Below are positions 1 through 10,497 of a DNA stretch of 64,000 nt, piece after piece. Source of the DNA: an uncultured delta proteobacterium (GTDB taxonomy: Bacteria > Desulfobacterota > Binatia > Binatales > Binataceae). The stretch lies in assembly GCA_963794325.1 (NCBI GenBank), contig CAWCDG010000004.1, positions 1,408,001 to 1,472,000 on the forward strand, written 5' to 3'. Below the pieces are notes generated by a model. The model saw only the letters and a list, made by a program, of their open reading frames with translations, was not told the origin of the DNA and did not search any database. Made by a program: the position numbers and the translations under genes. Every line of letters starts with the position of its first letter. Within the stretch, counting starts at the first letter, position 1.

Positions 1-807
<807 letters not shown>

Positions 808-956
808 CGGTGGCCTCCCGCTTTTGAAGTCGTCCAACTATATTACCTGTTAAATCGGACAAAAGACGATTGAAAGCAACAGCTTGGGAGTGACGGTCGA
901 ATCAGCGCCTCGTGGTCATCCCCTGGGAAATAGTTCTCGGGAAGCGTCTGTAAAAG

Positions 957-1337
957 CTATCGGCGCGAGCGGCGTCTTTGTGGAGTACGCCTAATGCTTG
1001 CCAGGGCTCCTACCACGATGACCACTACGCCAACTAGTCCGAACGCTGCCCACCATTGAAGGAATATTCCAAGGAATAGGACCAGTCCGGTCAGGATAAA
1101 GGCAGCACCGATCACTCTCGCAAATATCCAGACCACGGTTGCGTAAGTGTTTGCGGCGGCGGAATCGAGAAACGCCATCACGTTGTCTTCGAACTCATGC
1201 AGCTCAGCAGTAACTATGCCCTCGACCAGACGCGCGAGAAGCTTGGGCCATTCGGTGTCTGAACTCGGGGCTTTGCTCGCGACTGCTGGGGACTCGGCGG
1301 TGGGCGGCGGTCCTTTCGAGCGATCTTTCGGTGACAT
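957..1337 (-). CDS. Small 2-TM membrane protein, YqjE/'phage holin family'-like
   Basis: Amphipathic N-terminus, two hydrophobic helices and a basic tail; resembles 22387..22758. GAGGT upstream. Confidence 0.6.
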   Translation of the reverse strand: MSPKDRSKGPPPTAESPAVASKAPSSDTEWPKLLARLVEGIVTAELHEFEDNVMAFLDSAAANTYATVVWIFARVIGAAFILTGLVLFLGIFLQWWAAFGLVGVVVIVVGALASIRRTPQRRRSRR

Positions 1338-1344
1338 AGCTACC

Positions 1345-2121
1345 TCACTCCGACATGGTTGATAGCAATCGCTGAATCGGCTCCTGGCTGACTGTTATAA
1401 GACCGCGGTCTGGCTGGTTCAGGTCCAAGGTAGCAAAAATGATGAAGCTGACGACCAGGATGAAGCATACAGTGCCGGCCATATCGGCTTCGTTCGCCGC
1501 TCCCTGTTCCCTGCCTACCAGCATCGCAGAACTGGAGGCGGACAGGAGCAGCAGGATTACGATGCTCGCCGGCAGCCTGTCCTTGAGTGCCGCGAGGCGT
1601 GCAATATGGTTGCTGCTTACAGCATTGAGAGTATTGGTGAGTGAGACTGCGATAGGTGTTCCATTCTCGAGCGCTTGAGATACCAGCTCAACCATTTGAT
1701 TGTGCATCTGCTGGAATTGAACGATTGCGTTTTCGAAACGGGTCTCGTCATAACGGTGCTTGGGAAGGTCTGCACGCAGCGACGTGTAATCGTGGATAAC
1801 AGTCCGCAGTTTGGTTCGCACCGGTTCTTTGAGCAGGCTGGCGCAAGTGTAGAAGTCGCCGATGGCGTTGGCGTCGCTCACGACCATCATGCGCCGCTGG
1901 TCGTGCTTGCCAAGCGCCGTTGAGAACGTGAACGCGAGCAGCAATCCAAGCACCGCGAGACTCGCGTCCGCGAATTTTGAAACGGCAGCTTTGCCCTGCG
2001 GCTGCAATTCCAACCGCAGATTGCGTCCTCGCCAGCGTCCCGCGAGCCAGGCGCCGACCATCGCCAACGCGACCATCGACGCGACTGCCCAGGCATCAGT
2101 GTCGGTAAAGATCTGTCCCAT
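1345..2121 (-). CDS. DUF4239/bestrophin-like membrane protein
   Basis: Motifs LGLLLAFTFS..RR..V.DANAIG and C-terminal LDLNQPDRGLI.VSQ.P. Start uncertain (2121 or 2163). Confidence 0.75.
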   Translation of the reverse strand: MGQIFTDTDAWAVASMVALAMVGAWLAGRWRGRNLRLELQPQGKAAVSKFADASLAVLGLLLAFTFSTALGKHDQRRMMVVSDANAIGDFYTCASLLKEPVRTKLRTVIHDYTSLRADLPKHRYDETRFENAIVQFQQMHNQMVELVSQALENGTPIAVSLTNTLNAVSSNHIARLAALKDRLPASIVILLLLSASSSAMLVGREQGAANEADMAGTVCFILVVSFIIFATLDLNQPDRGLITVSQEPIQRLLSTMSE

Positions 2122-2214
2122 GACTAAGCGCAGACAATATAGATGTCGGCGGCCTTTCGCCAATCTTTCACCGCTTCGATCTTTATTCTGAGGACCGACC
2201 CGGAGCGTTCAATT

Positions 2215-2937
2215 TTATCCGCGCAGGAAGTGGGTGATTAGAAAGATCGTGAGCATTCCCATGCAGGTGGCGACGCCTACCAGTGGTGAGTCGTGTTCGC
2301 GCGCTTCCGGCAGTAGATCCGATGCGCCGATATAAAGAAATGAGCCTGCGAAGAATGCGAGCATCACCGGCAGGAGTCCTCCTCTCAAATTGAACATCAG
2401 CGTCGAGGCCGCACCGAGAACCGGCGCCGCCATGTCGATCATCAGCCAGAAGATGGCGTCCCGGCGCGATTTCCCATGGGCCAGAACTACCGTCACCGTG
2501 TTCAGCCCGTCGCTGAAGTCATGCGCGATGATTCCGAAGGCAATCAGGAGCCCGACCTGGACGCTGGTCTGAAAGCCAACGCCGATTGCAACTCCGTCGA
2601 GGAAACTATGGAAGGCGAGACCCGCCGCGGACATCGCGCCCAGCTCCGCCTCATGAGCTTCGGCGAGGTGCGGGTGTTCGCGAGCGCGATGCATCGCGGT
2701 GTAGCGCTCGAGTCCGAAGAAACAGAGGAATCCGAGCGCGGTGATCGGCATGTACGAGGCGCCGTGGTCGAAGGCAAAGACTTCCGGCAGAATGTCGAAC
2801 AGAGCGACGGCCAGGACGGCGCCCGAGCTGAAGCCGAGCAGCAGATGAAGCCGGTCGCGCAGGCGGATCGCCGCGGTCCCGCCCAAGCCGGTCGAGAGAA
2901 GGGTTACCAGGGCAAGTAGAATCGGGGCGTATCGCAT
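2215..2937 (-). CDS. ZIP-family divalent metal transporter
   Basis: About 8 TM helices, HSFLDG and HDFSDG metal-site motifs, His-containing loop, YIGASDLLPEA. Confidence 0.9.
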   Translation of the reverse strand: MRYAPILLALVTLLSTGLGGTAAIRLRDRLHLLLGFSSGAVLAVALFDILPEVFAFDHGASYMPITALGFLCFFGLERYTAMHRAREHPHLAEAHEAELGAMSAAGLAFHSFLDGVAIGVGFQTSVQVGLLIAFGIIAHDFSDGLNTVTVVLAHGKSRRDAIFWLMIDMAAPVLGAASTLMFNLRGGLLPVMLAFFAGSFLYIGASDLLPEAREHDSPLVGVATCMGMLTIFLITHFLRG

Positions 2938-3016
2938 GGCTGGATTTTGCTCAGATAGAGGCGGTCAAATTCAACCTGGTGCCGGGAACCAGACGCGGGG
3001 CTTCGGCGTTGCTAAT

Positions 3017-3673
3017 ATGATGAATATGGAAACGCGAGCGAAATGGATACTGGCGCTCTCTCTAACTGTTGCAGTGCTATTCGGCATGAAGCCGATCGAC
3101 GCCTTCGCGCAAGCCGCTAGCGGCGACAAGGCCACTGCGGTCTTTTCGGGCGGATGTTTCTGGGGCGTCGATGGCGTCTTCAAGCATGTGAAGGGCGTGA
3201 GCAAGGTCGTCTCAGGATACGCGGGCGGAGCGGCGAACACCGCGCAGTACGAGACGGTCAGCACGGGAACGACCGGACATGCCGAATCGGTAAAGGTCAC
3301 GTACGATCCGTCGAAGGTCTCATACGACGATCTGCTGAAGGTTTTCTTCTTCGTCGCGCACGATCCGACTGAGCTGAACCGGCAGGGTCCGGATACGGGG
3401 ACTCAGTATCGATCGTCGATCTTCTACGAAAACGAAGCTCAGAAGAAGATGGCGGATGACTACATCGCGGATCTCGATCAGAAGCACGCATTCTCCAAGC
3501 CGATCGTGACCAAGGTGGTTCCGTTGACGGGGTTCTATCCGGCGGAAGCCTATCATCAGAACTACCTGGAGCTGCATCCCGATCAGCCCTACATCGTCTT
3601 CAATGATTTGCCGAAACTGGAGCAGTTTCAGAAAGACTTACCCGGGCTGTACCAGCAGCAGGCTGCGAAGTAG
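3017..3673 (+). CDS. msrA: Peptide-methionine (S)-S-oxide reductase with N-terminal export signal
   Basis: GGCFWG catalytic motif, GHAE, RQGPDTGTQYRS, AEAYHQNY; signal-peptide-like N-terminus. Confidence 0.95.
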   Translation: MMNMETRAKWILALSLTVAVLFGMKPIDAFAQAASGDKATAVFSGGCFWGVDGVFKHVKGVSKVVSGYAGGAANTAQYETVSTGTTGHAESVKVTYDPSKVSYDDLLKVFFFVAHDPTELNRQGPDTGTQYRSSIFYENEAQKKMADDYIADLDQKHAFSKPIVTKVVPLTGFYPAEAYHQNYLELHPDQPYIVFNDLPKLEQFQKDLPGLYQQQAAK

Positions 3674-3674
3674 C

Positions 3675-5504
3675 TCACCCGGCCGCCGCGCGACGCTGCT
3701 CGATCTTGCGCATCTCTTCGGCGCGTGAGCGGGCCTGATCCGCGGCGCGTACCGCTGAGTCCGACGCGTGATAGAGCTCGAGGTCGGCGTCGAACTCGCC
3801 ATCTACGACCGGGCTGAGGGCTACATCCATATAGTGCTTCGAAGCCGGGTCGTTCTCGATTCTCTTTCGCAGGCGTTCCAGGCGCCAGAAGAACCATGCT
3901 CCCGGCAGATAGGTCGTTAGTGTCTCGCGCGCGCGCCGCGCGAAGAACGTGAGCGGGTTCTCGCGAGGATAACCGGGACGGCGCTGGGTGCGCGGCTTGC
4001 GGCGGATAATCCCGCCTTGCAGCGGATGCACATGCTCGAAGGCGTGACTGCCGTAGAAGTAGAAAATCATCGAGGTCATCCGCCGCGAGCGCATCCCACT
4101 GGCGACGGCTCGCTTGATCAACGTCTCGATGTGCGACGGCGAATAGTACAGGTGCCACGCGCGTTGATAGATATCCTGCCATTCGGAAGCACTCATCCGC
4201 GGATGGTCGGCGGCCGCATGCTCGGCGTCATACTTGTTGGTGTCGGCTTCCATCCGCTCGCCGCGCAGGTACATTTCCTGGTGGTCCTTCGAGCCGGGCA
4301 GCGGCGTCAGCATGAAGAATTCCATGATGTCGATCGGGAGTTCGCGCTGGATGATCGCGATGTCGCGCGCGATGCTATCCGGCGTATCCGACGGGAAGCC
4401 GAGGATGTAGCCGGCATAGGTCAGCACCTTGGCGCGCTTCCATGCCTGGAGCATCTTGCGGTATTCGGTAATTCGATTCTGACCCTTCGACGCGCCCTTC
4501 AGGCTGTCGGGATTGATGTTCTCGAGGCCGATAAAAACTTTCTTGCAGCCTGCGCGCACCGACTTCTCGACGAAGTTCGGAATTTTGTGGCACATGGTAT
4601 CGACCTGCATGATGATGTTGATCTTCAGGCGGTCGCGGCGCTTGAGTTCGATGATACGGTCGAGGATCGATTCCCAATTCTTGTTGCGCGCGAAGTTGTC
4701 GTCGGTGATGAAGAAGCTCTTCACGCCCTGCGCTGCATGCGCGCGAATCAATAGCTCGATATCGTCGGCGCTGCGATAGCGCGACTTGCGCCCCTGCACA
4801 TTTATGATCGTACAGAAGCTGCAACTGAACGGGCATCCGCGGCCGGCGTCGAAGCATCCGAGCGCGCCGGCGTAGCGCTTGACGTATTTCATGGGAAGGA
4901 ACGGCAGCGGCTCGCCGTCCATCGCGGGCAAATCCGCCATGAAGTTATAAACCGGGGGCAGACGATTCTCGAATGCCGCGAGCAGCAGCTCGTCGAGCCG
5001 GCGTTCGGCTTCACCGGCGAACAGCGTGATTCCAAGCGCGAGCGCGTCCTTCATCTCGGGCGGCATCTCAGGCAGCATCGCGAGACATCCGCTGACGTGG
5101 AATCCGCCGATAGCGACCTGGATTCCCGCCGCGCGCAGCTCGCGCGCGATATCGACAGCGCGTGCGAACTGGTTAGTCTGCACACCGACCAGCAATACGA
5201 CGCCGCGATTCGAATTGCGCTTGAACCGCCGAACTACCTCACCCACCGGGACTTTCTTGTTGGTCTCATCGTGTGCTTCAATCTCGAGATCGATGCCGTC
5301 GCCGAGGATGTGCCGCGTTTGCGCATCGAGCGCGAGGCCGTAGAGATTCGACAGCGAGCTCGACGGCACAAATCCGCGCCACCACTGAATCAGGTAGCCG
5401 TCGTCGTCGTAATGCGAAGGTTTGATGAGATCGACGAGAAATTTGGCGCGGTTTGGTTGGTTCACAGTCTTGTCGGGGGACTTTCGACTCAACTCTATCC
5501 GCAA
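3675..5504 (-). CDS. B12-binding-domain radical SAM protein (class B-like)
   Basis: RGCPFSCSFC CxxxCxxC motif, DDNF, IGLE, GGFH and TPLPGS motifs. Confidence 0.9.
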   Translation of the reverse strand: MRIELSRKSPDKTVNQPNRAKFLVDLIKPSHYDDDGYLIQWWRGFVPSSSLSNLYGLALDAQTRHILGDGIDLEIEAHDETNKKVPVGEVVRRFKRNSNRGVVLLVGVQTNQFARAVDIARELRAAGIQVAIGGFHVSGCLAMLPEMPPEMKDALALGITLFAGEAERRLDELLLAAFENRLPPVYNFMADLPAMDGEPLPFLPMKYVKRYAGALGCFDAGRGCPFSCSFCTIINVQGRKSRYRSADDIELLIRAHAAQGVKSFFITDDNFARNKNWESILDRIIELKRRDRLKINIIMQVDTMCHKIPNFVEKSVRAGCKKVFIGLENINPDSLKGASKGQNRITEYRKMLQAWKRAKVLTYAGYILGFPSDTPDSIARDIAIIQRELPIDIMEFFMLTPLPGSKDHQEMYLRGERMEADTNKYDAEHAAADHPRMSASEWQDIYQRAWHLYYSPSHIETLIKRAVASGMRSRRMTSMIFYFYGSHAFEHVHPLQGGIIRRKPRTQRRPGYPRENPLTFFARRARETLTTYLPGAWFFWRLERLRKRIENDPASKHYMDVALSPVVDGEFDADLELYHASDSAVRAADQARSRAEEMRKIEQRRAAAG

Positions 5505-5720
5505 TCGGAGTTGTTGGCTACCGATTTAATTTGCTGCCTGTTGATATCGATTCTCAAGGGACTGAGTCTTCGAATTCCGGGGACTGGCCAGGTCGACAGT
5601 AAAGAGTAGGTATTGCGCTGACCCTCGTAAGCGTGCACACCTATCTAAGGACGTTAATCATAACGTAACCATAAAGAAGGACGCGGATTGCGAACTGCAA
5701 GCGCGCCGAAGGAGCAACCC

Positions 5721-5966
5721 TTGGACCTGGATAAATTGGTGTCAGACTTGGCGAAGGAAAGAGACAGGCTCGGCCGGGCGATCAGCGCGCTAATGGGATC
5801 GGCCAGCGCGGCCTTGTCAGGCGGTGGCAGGAAGAAGCGAGTCGGCAGGCCTAAGGGGACCACGACCAAGAAGCGCAAGCGCGGGGGCCTGACGCCCGAG
5901 GGCCGTAAGCGGCTTTCAATTGCGATGAAGAAGCGCTGGGCAGAGCGTAGGAAGAAGGGCGCTTAG
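5721..5966 (+). CDS. Small, very basic putative DNA-binding protein
   Basis: AAGGAG then TTG at 5721; coiled-coil N-terminus, GRPKG motif, LTPEGRKRLSIAMKKRWAERR tail. Confidence 0.7.
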   Translation: MDLDKLVSDLAKERDRLGRAISALMGSASAALSGGGRKKRVGRPKGTTTKKRKRGGLTPEGRKRLSIAMKKRWAERRKKGA

Positions 5967-6079
5967 CGCCCCGCTCGAATCCTAAGCGCAAAAAGAAGGT
6001 GGCACAGGCTTCAGCCTGTGATTCAGACCCGCGCTGTACGCGCGAGTCTGGAGACGCCTATCGGCAGAAGGGGATTCCG

Positions 6080-6526
6080 ATGCGGCCGGCTTTTCTCGTA
6101 CTGACGATCGCTATCGTAGCGCTCGCGGGATGCTCCGGCGTCGACCAGGATGTCGCACACCTCCAGCAGGAGCAGGATGCGATCAGTGCCGCGACCAAGA
6201 AGATAAAGGTCGTCGCACGCGCCAACGTCAAGGGCAACCCGCAGTACACGATGCTAGGTCACGTGGAGGGCTACTGCTTCAACCTCCCGAATTCGACGGG
6301 TGGCCAGGTCATCCATGGCGACGGACTTAAAGCGGCGGCGTATCGCAAGTACGGGAATCAGGTTGATGCGATCGTGAACACCACGGTGTGGTTCGTTTCG
6401 GATGACGATTACGGTGCGTTCGAGCCTTACACGGAGGGCGGATACTTCGAATGCGCCGGCACTGCGGTCCACTTCACCAATCAACCAACTCCCTCAGCAT
6501 CACCTGGCCCATGGCCTACAAGTTGA
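6080..6526 (+). CDS. Lipoprotein of unknown function
   Basis: Lipobox LAGC after a hydrophobic stretch; AGGGG upstream; two further Cys. Confidence 0.7.
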   Translation: MRPAFLVLTIAIVALAGCSGVDQDVAHLQQEQDAISAATKKIKVVARANVKGNPQYTMLGHVEGYCFNLPNSTGGQVIHGDGLKAAAYRKYGNQVDAIVNTTVWFVSDDDYGAFEPYTEGGYFECAGTAVHFTNQPTPSASPGPWPTS

Positions 6527-6577
6527 CCCGTAACTTGCTTACTCAAGCGAGGTAGTCAAGGAAGTGCCACTACGGCT

Positions 6578-6973
6578 TTACGTCGGTGGCATCTGGTTGT
6601 GTCGGAAAGCTTCCAGCGCGGCGCGGACCCGCTCGGTTTCCGCGATCATCGAATCGAGCGCCGGTTGGAGATCGATTGTTGGTTCGTGCCTCGCTCGATC
6701 TTCTAGATCTTGAGATAGCTCTAGCAGGCGCGCCGCACCGAAGTGACCGCAGCTACCCTTGATCGCATGTGCAGTCGCCGCAACTCCGGCGCGATCACCA
6801 TCGTTCATTTGCAATCCGATTGTGCGCACACGTTCGCTCAAGTCGGCGAGAAAGACCCTGATGATCTCGGCGACAAATTGATCGCCCATTTCATCGCCTT
6901 CAGCGAGTTGGGAAATTGAGCGCATATCGATCGTCGGCATGTCCGCGGTTTCGGTGCCCATTGGATTTAACAA
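6578..6973 (-). CDS. Stand-alone Hpt phosphotransfer protein
   Basis: AHAIKGSCGHFGA matches the HxxKGS Hpt signature. The true start may be 6961 or 6940. Confidence 0.9.
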   Translation of the reverse strand: MLNPMGTETADMPTIDMRSISQLAEGDEMGDQFVAEIIRVFLADLSERVRTIGLQMNDGDRAGVAATAHAIKGSCGHFGAARLLELSQDLEDRARHEPTIDLQPALDSMIAETERVRAALEAFRHNQMPPT

Positions 6974-7140
6974 TCCAAGTTGTGTGCCGCCGCGACCGAT
7001 CCAAGTTCGACCCGCGACCGACTCCGCCGATGATTTTCTGCGCTACGCAGTCGCACGCTTTATGAGCCATTGAAAGCCTTGGACGTCGATGCGATTCCGA
7101 CGGTCCAGCTTTTTCGAATCGTCAGAATCGCATCGCGGTG

Positions 7141-8370
7141 TCATTTGTTTGGCGCATCGCCGCTCGAATTGCCGGCGCCCGCCATCTCGATGCGCAAGTG
7201 GCTGACCTCGTCCTGCCACTTGTCGCCGAATACCAGGACCATCACCTGCTGATTGACGTCAGTGTCGTGGCTGAGGCTGCGGATTGAACCGCCGCCGGTG
7301 GCCGCGAGCACCTTGTATGCGGCCTGCGCCTGCTTTTCGAACTCGGGAAGCGGACCGATCTCCGCATCTGTTGGCACTTGGCCATGTACTCTCATCCAGA
7401 ATGATCGCATGTAGCGTTCATGCTCCTCCTGCTGGACGTCGACGGCGCTCAGCGTGCCGTTGTTGCGTCTGAAGTCCCTGATGAGCGCGAGCAGCGGTGC
7501 GAAATCCTGCGCCTCGGGAGGGGAGTCGCCGATCAGCACGATCACTTTGCGCGCATAGGGCTTCCAATCCATTTTGGTGATCGCAGCCTGGACCGCGCCG
7601 AGGGTGTTCTCCTGCCATTCGCCGCCACCCTTTGCCTGAATCGAGCCGAGAAAGGTTTGCAGCTTTGCGGTCGAGAGGGTCAGCGGCTGCATGTCGACGG
7701 GCTCGCCTTTGCCGCCGAACACGACGACGCCGATGCGCGCGATCGGAACCAACTGACGAACTCTGATCGCGAGGCGCGTCATCCGCGCCTTCACGTCAGC
7801 AATCACGAAGTCCATCGACTTGGTGCCGTCGATCACCAGCACGATGTCGAGACCGTTGTGGCGCAGCCCGGTGATGAACCACGGAAAGCTTCCACCGCCA
7901 TCGCCGCCGGGTCCTGGATGGAGATTCAGGTAAGCACCCAGGTGACGATCGAGATCGATTCCAGTGTCGGATGGCGTGGCGGCGATCTCGTTGGAGTTCG
8001 CGCCGAGCACTTTGTTGACGTCCACCACCGGCGGCGAATCGTCGGGGAATTTGGTCTTGAGCTCCGGCATAGGAGTGTCGGGAAATTCCAGGGGCTCGAG
8101 GCTTTCGGGCGGGTGGATGGAACCTGCATCTATCTTGAGGATCAGCAGTTCGCGGGCGCGGGTATCATGGACGGCGATGATGAGTGCGAGAAGAATCGCG
8201 AGATGGATCGCGATCGAAATCGAAAATGGGCCGCCGGCCAAGCGGGCCGCGTTGCGAAGCTGCGCAGGCATCGAGGCGGCGAGCGGAGTGCCGCGAATCC
8301 GGCTCCATGCAAAGGCGACTAGTAGAATCGAGCTCGAGACGGCGAGGCAGACAACCAGGATCGCAATCAT
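7141..8370 (-). CDS. Membrane-anchored vWA-domain protein (paralog of 9100..10497 lacking the anti-sigma domain)
   Basis: Two TM segments, LDIVLVIDGTKSM MIDAS motif, IGDSPP; AAGGAGG RBS. Confidence 0.88.
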   Translation of the reverse strand: MIAILVVCLAVSSSILLVAFAWSRIRGTPLAASMPAQLRNAARLAGGPFSISIAIHLAILLALIIAVHDTRARELLILKIDAGSIHPPESLEPLEFPDTPMPELKTKFPDDSPPVVDVNKVLGANSNEIAATPSDTGIDLDRHLGAYLNLHPGPGGDGGGSFPWFITGLRHNGLDIVLVIDGTKSMDFVIADVKARMTRLAIRVRQLVPIARIGVVVFGGKGEPVDMQPLTLSTAKLQTFLGSIQAKGGGEWQENTLGAVQAAITKMDWKPYARKVIVLIGDSPPEAQDFAPLLALIRDFRRNNGTLSAVDVQQEEHERYMRSFWMRVHGQVPTDAEIGPLPEFEKQAQAAYKVLAATGGGSIRSLSHDTDVNQQVMVLVFGDKWQDEVSHLRIEMAGAGNSSGDAPNK

Positions 8371-8468
8371 CGCATCCTCCTTCGCGCCAACTCTGGCCCG
8401 AGCGTTGGCGTCTCCTTAAACTAAGATCGGAGGAGGAGCGATTCTCTTGCGACTGGGTAGCTTGGAGC

Positions 8469-9041
8469 CTAGAAAGGCACCAATGGCACCAGCATCGGTG
8501 TCCGGCGTGCATAGCCGGCATAGGCGTTCTCGCCCAGGGCTGCGCGCAAGAAGCGTTCCTCTCGTCGCGCTTTAATGTAAAAGGCCACGGTTAGAATGGG
8601 GACGCTTACCAGCGCGAATGCGGTTCCTTTCCAAATCGCGGTTGCTAACGCGGCAAAGATCAGGCCCGAATAGATCGGATGGCGCACGAGCCGATAAGGC
8701 CCCGTGTCGACGATATGGTGACCGGCTTTCTTCACCACCCAGTCCGACCAAAGACGGCCCAGGTGAATGCGCGCCCACCAGGTGAACAAGAGTCCGGCAG
8801 CCGCCACCGCAACCAAAATCCAGTTCATCGCATTGCTAAAATGCCAAAGCTGCGTTTGCGCGTCGTAACGGCTCGGTGGAAATGCAAACAGCAAGATCAA
8901 GCTGCCGTAAAAGAGCACCCGGAAAAAAAGCTCGGGCCCGATAGCGTCCCTCTTTTCGGTACGGTTGGACCAAAGCTTCGCGACGGTCCACGACAACAGC
9001 CACACGGCCCAGATCGCGTAAATCGTATATTCCGGCGTCGT
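8469..9041 (-). CDS. Isoprenylcysteine carboxyl methyltransferase (ICMT/Ste14)-family membrane protein
   Basis: GPYRLVRHPIYSG and REERFL motifs. The RBS GAGGAG points to an ACG at 9039-9041; the first canonical start is GTG 9005. Confidence 0.88.
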   Translation of the reverse strand, partial: TTPEYTIYAIWAVWLLSWTVAKLWSNRTEKRDAIGPELFFRVLFYGSLILLFAFPPSRYDAQTQLWHFSNAMNWILVAVAAAGLLFTWWARIHLGRLWSDWVVKKAGHHIVDTGPYRLVRHPIYSGLIFAALATAIWKGTAFALVSVPILTVAFYIKARREERFLRAALGENAYAGYARRTPMLVPLVPF

Positions 9042-9099
9042 CGAAATTTCTCCTCAGTCCGGCTGCTCGATTCCAACCCTACGTCGTCGGATTCAATCA

Positions 9100-10497
9100 C
9101 TAGTGGCTTGGGCTACTGCTATTAAGCCCGCGGCCGAAAGCAGACACCTGCGACTGCCACTGGTCGCCGAAGGCGAGGATAAGGACCTGCTGGTTGATGT
9201 GCGCGTCCTTGGTCAGCGACTTCATCGAGCCGCCACCCGCTGCCGCGAGCACTTTGTACGCCGCTTGAGTCTGCCGATAGAACGCCGGCAACGGCGAGAT
9301 CTTCGGCGGCTCCTCGCGATGCACCTTCAGCCAGAACTCGCGCTCGAACCGCTCGTGCTCTTCAGCCGCGACGTCCACCGTGTTGAAAGTCCCGTTGTTG
9401 GATTTGAATTGGCGTATCAGCGCGAGCAGCGGTGCGAAGTCCTCGGTGCGCGGGGGCGAATCGCCGACCAGCACCACGACCTTCTTGGCGTACGGCTTCC
9501 AGTCCATCTTGTTGATTCCGGTCTGGACCGCGCCCAGCGTGTCCTCTTCCCATTCGCCGCCGCCCATCGCCTGGATGCCGTTTAGGAATTCGCTGAGCTT
9601 CTGCGGCGACAGCGTCAGCGGCTGGATATTCATCTTCTCGCCCTTGCCGCCGAACACGATTATTCCGATTCGCGCAATCGGCACCAGCCGGTGAATCGAC
9701 TGAACGAGTTGCTCCATCTTGGCTTTGACGTCGTCGATGATCAGTTTCATCGAGCCGGTGCCGTCGATTACCAGCACCACGTCGAGGCCTTTACGCCGCA
9801 GCTCGCCGATGAAGCCGCCGAAGCCCGAGCCGATGCCGTGGCCGTAGCCTGAGCCCATGCCGCCGCCACGGCCGATACCGATACCGCCGCCGCCGGCTGC
9901 GCGCACGTAGTCATTGGCGAGACCGACTGCCTGCGAGGTGTCGACCGCGGTCGGCTGTTCCATCTGTTGCGGCGCCGAGTCGGGCATCGGCACTTCGGGC
10001 ATATCGAGATCCTGCATCTCGTTGCCGCCGCCACCGCCGCCGCCCGCCTCGAGATTCACCATGATCAATTCGCGGCCACGCTGCTCGTGGATTGTGATGA
10101 TCAGGATGAGCAGCAGCGCGACATGAAGCGCGACCGAGAGCGGGAACGGACCGATCAGGAATCGAATCGCGGCGCGGACTGACGGCCAGAAACCGCCGGC
10201 CTCCTCGCGAGCCTGGTCGGCGTCAAATGTTTCGACGGCCGGCGCGGGGGCCAGCGTCGCGCCGAGTGCGCCTGAACGCGCGAGCGCGGCTAGCTGGCGC
10301 TGACAGATCGCGCATCCGGCGAAATGCGAATTCCATTGGGCGCGCTCATCGGGCGCGAGCGTGTTCTCGGCGAATGCGGCGAGCAGATCGGCGTCGGGGC
10401 ATCCGGCGCCTGAGTTATCGAGGCCGGCCGCGAGACTCGTGCGAATCATCGCGTTAAGGCGTTTGTCGTTATCCTGATTCTTCTCGTCGGGCATCAT
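9100..10497 (-). CDS. Zn-finger (HxxxCxxC) anti-sigma factor fused to TM, Gly-rich linker and vWA domain
   Basis: CPDADLLAAF..HFAGCAIC (zf-HC2), TM helix, DGTGSM MIDAS; ATGA overlap with the sigma gene. Confidence 0.88.
   Translation of the reverse strand: MMPDEKNQDNDKRLNAMIRTSLAAGLDNSGAGCPDADLLAAFAENTLAPDERAQWNSHFAGCAICQRQLAALARSGALGATLAPAPAVETFDADQAREEAGGFWPSVRAAIRFLIGPFPLSVALHVALLLILIITIHEQRGRELIMVNLEAGGGGGGGNEMQDLDMPEVPMPDSAPQQMEQPTAVDTSQAVGLANDYVRAAGGGGIGIGRGGGMGSGYGHGIGSGFGGFIGELRRKGLDVVLVIDGTGSMKLIIDDVKAKMEQLVQSIHRLVPIARIGIIVFGGKGEKMNIQPLTLSPQKLSEFLNGIQAMGGGEWEEDTLGAVQTGINKMDWKPYAKKVVVLVGDSPPRTEDFAPLLALIRQFKSNNGTFNTVDVAAEEHERFEREFWLKVHREEPPKISPLPAFYRQTQAAYKVLAAAGGGSMKSLTKDAHINQQVLILAFGDQWQSQVSAFGRGLNSSSPSH

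Noticed and set aside
6973-6989. Sigma-54-like site upstream of the Hpt gene (CGGCACACAACTTGG, minus strand)
   Set aside because: The -12 dinucleotide is GG rather than GC.
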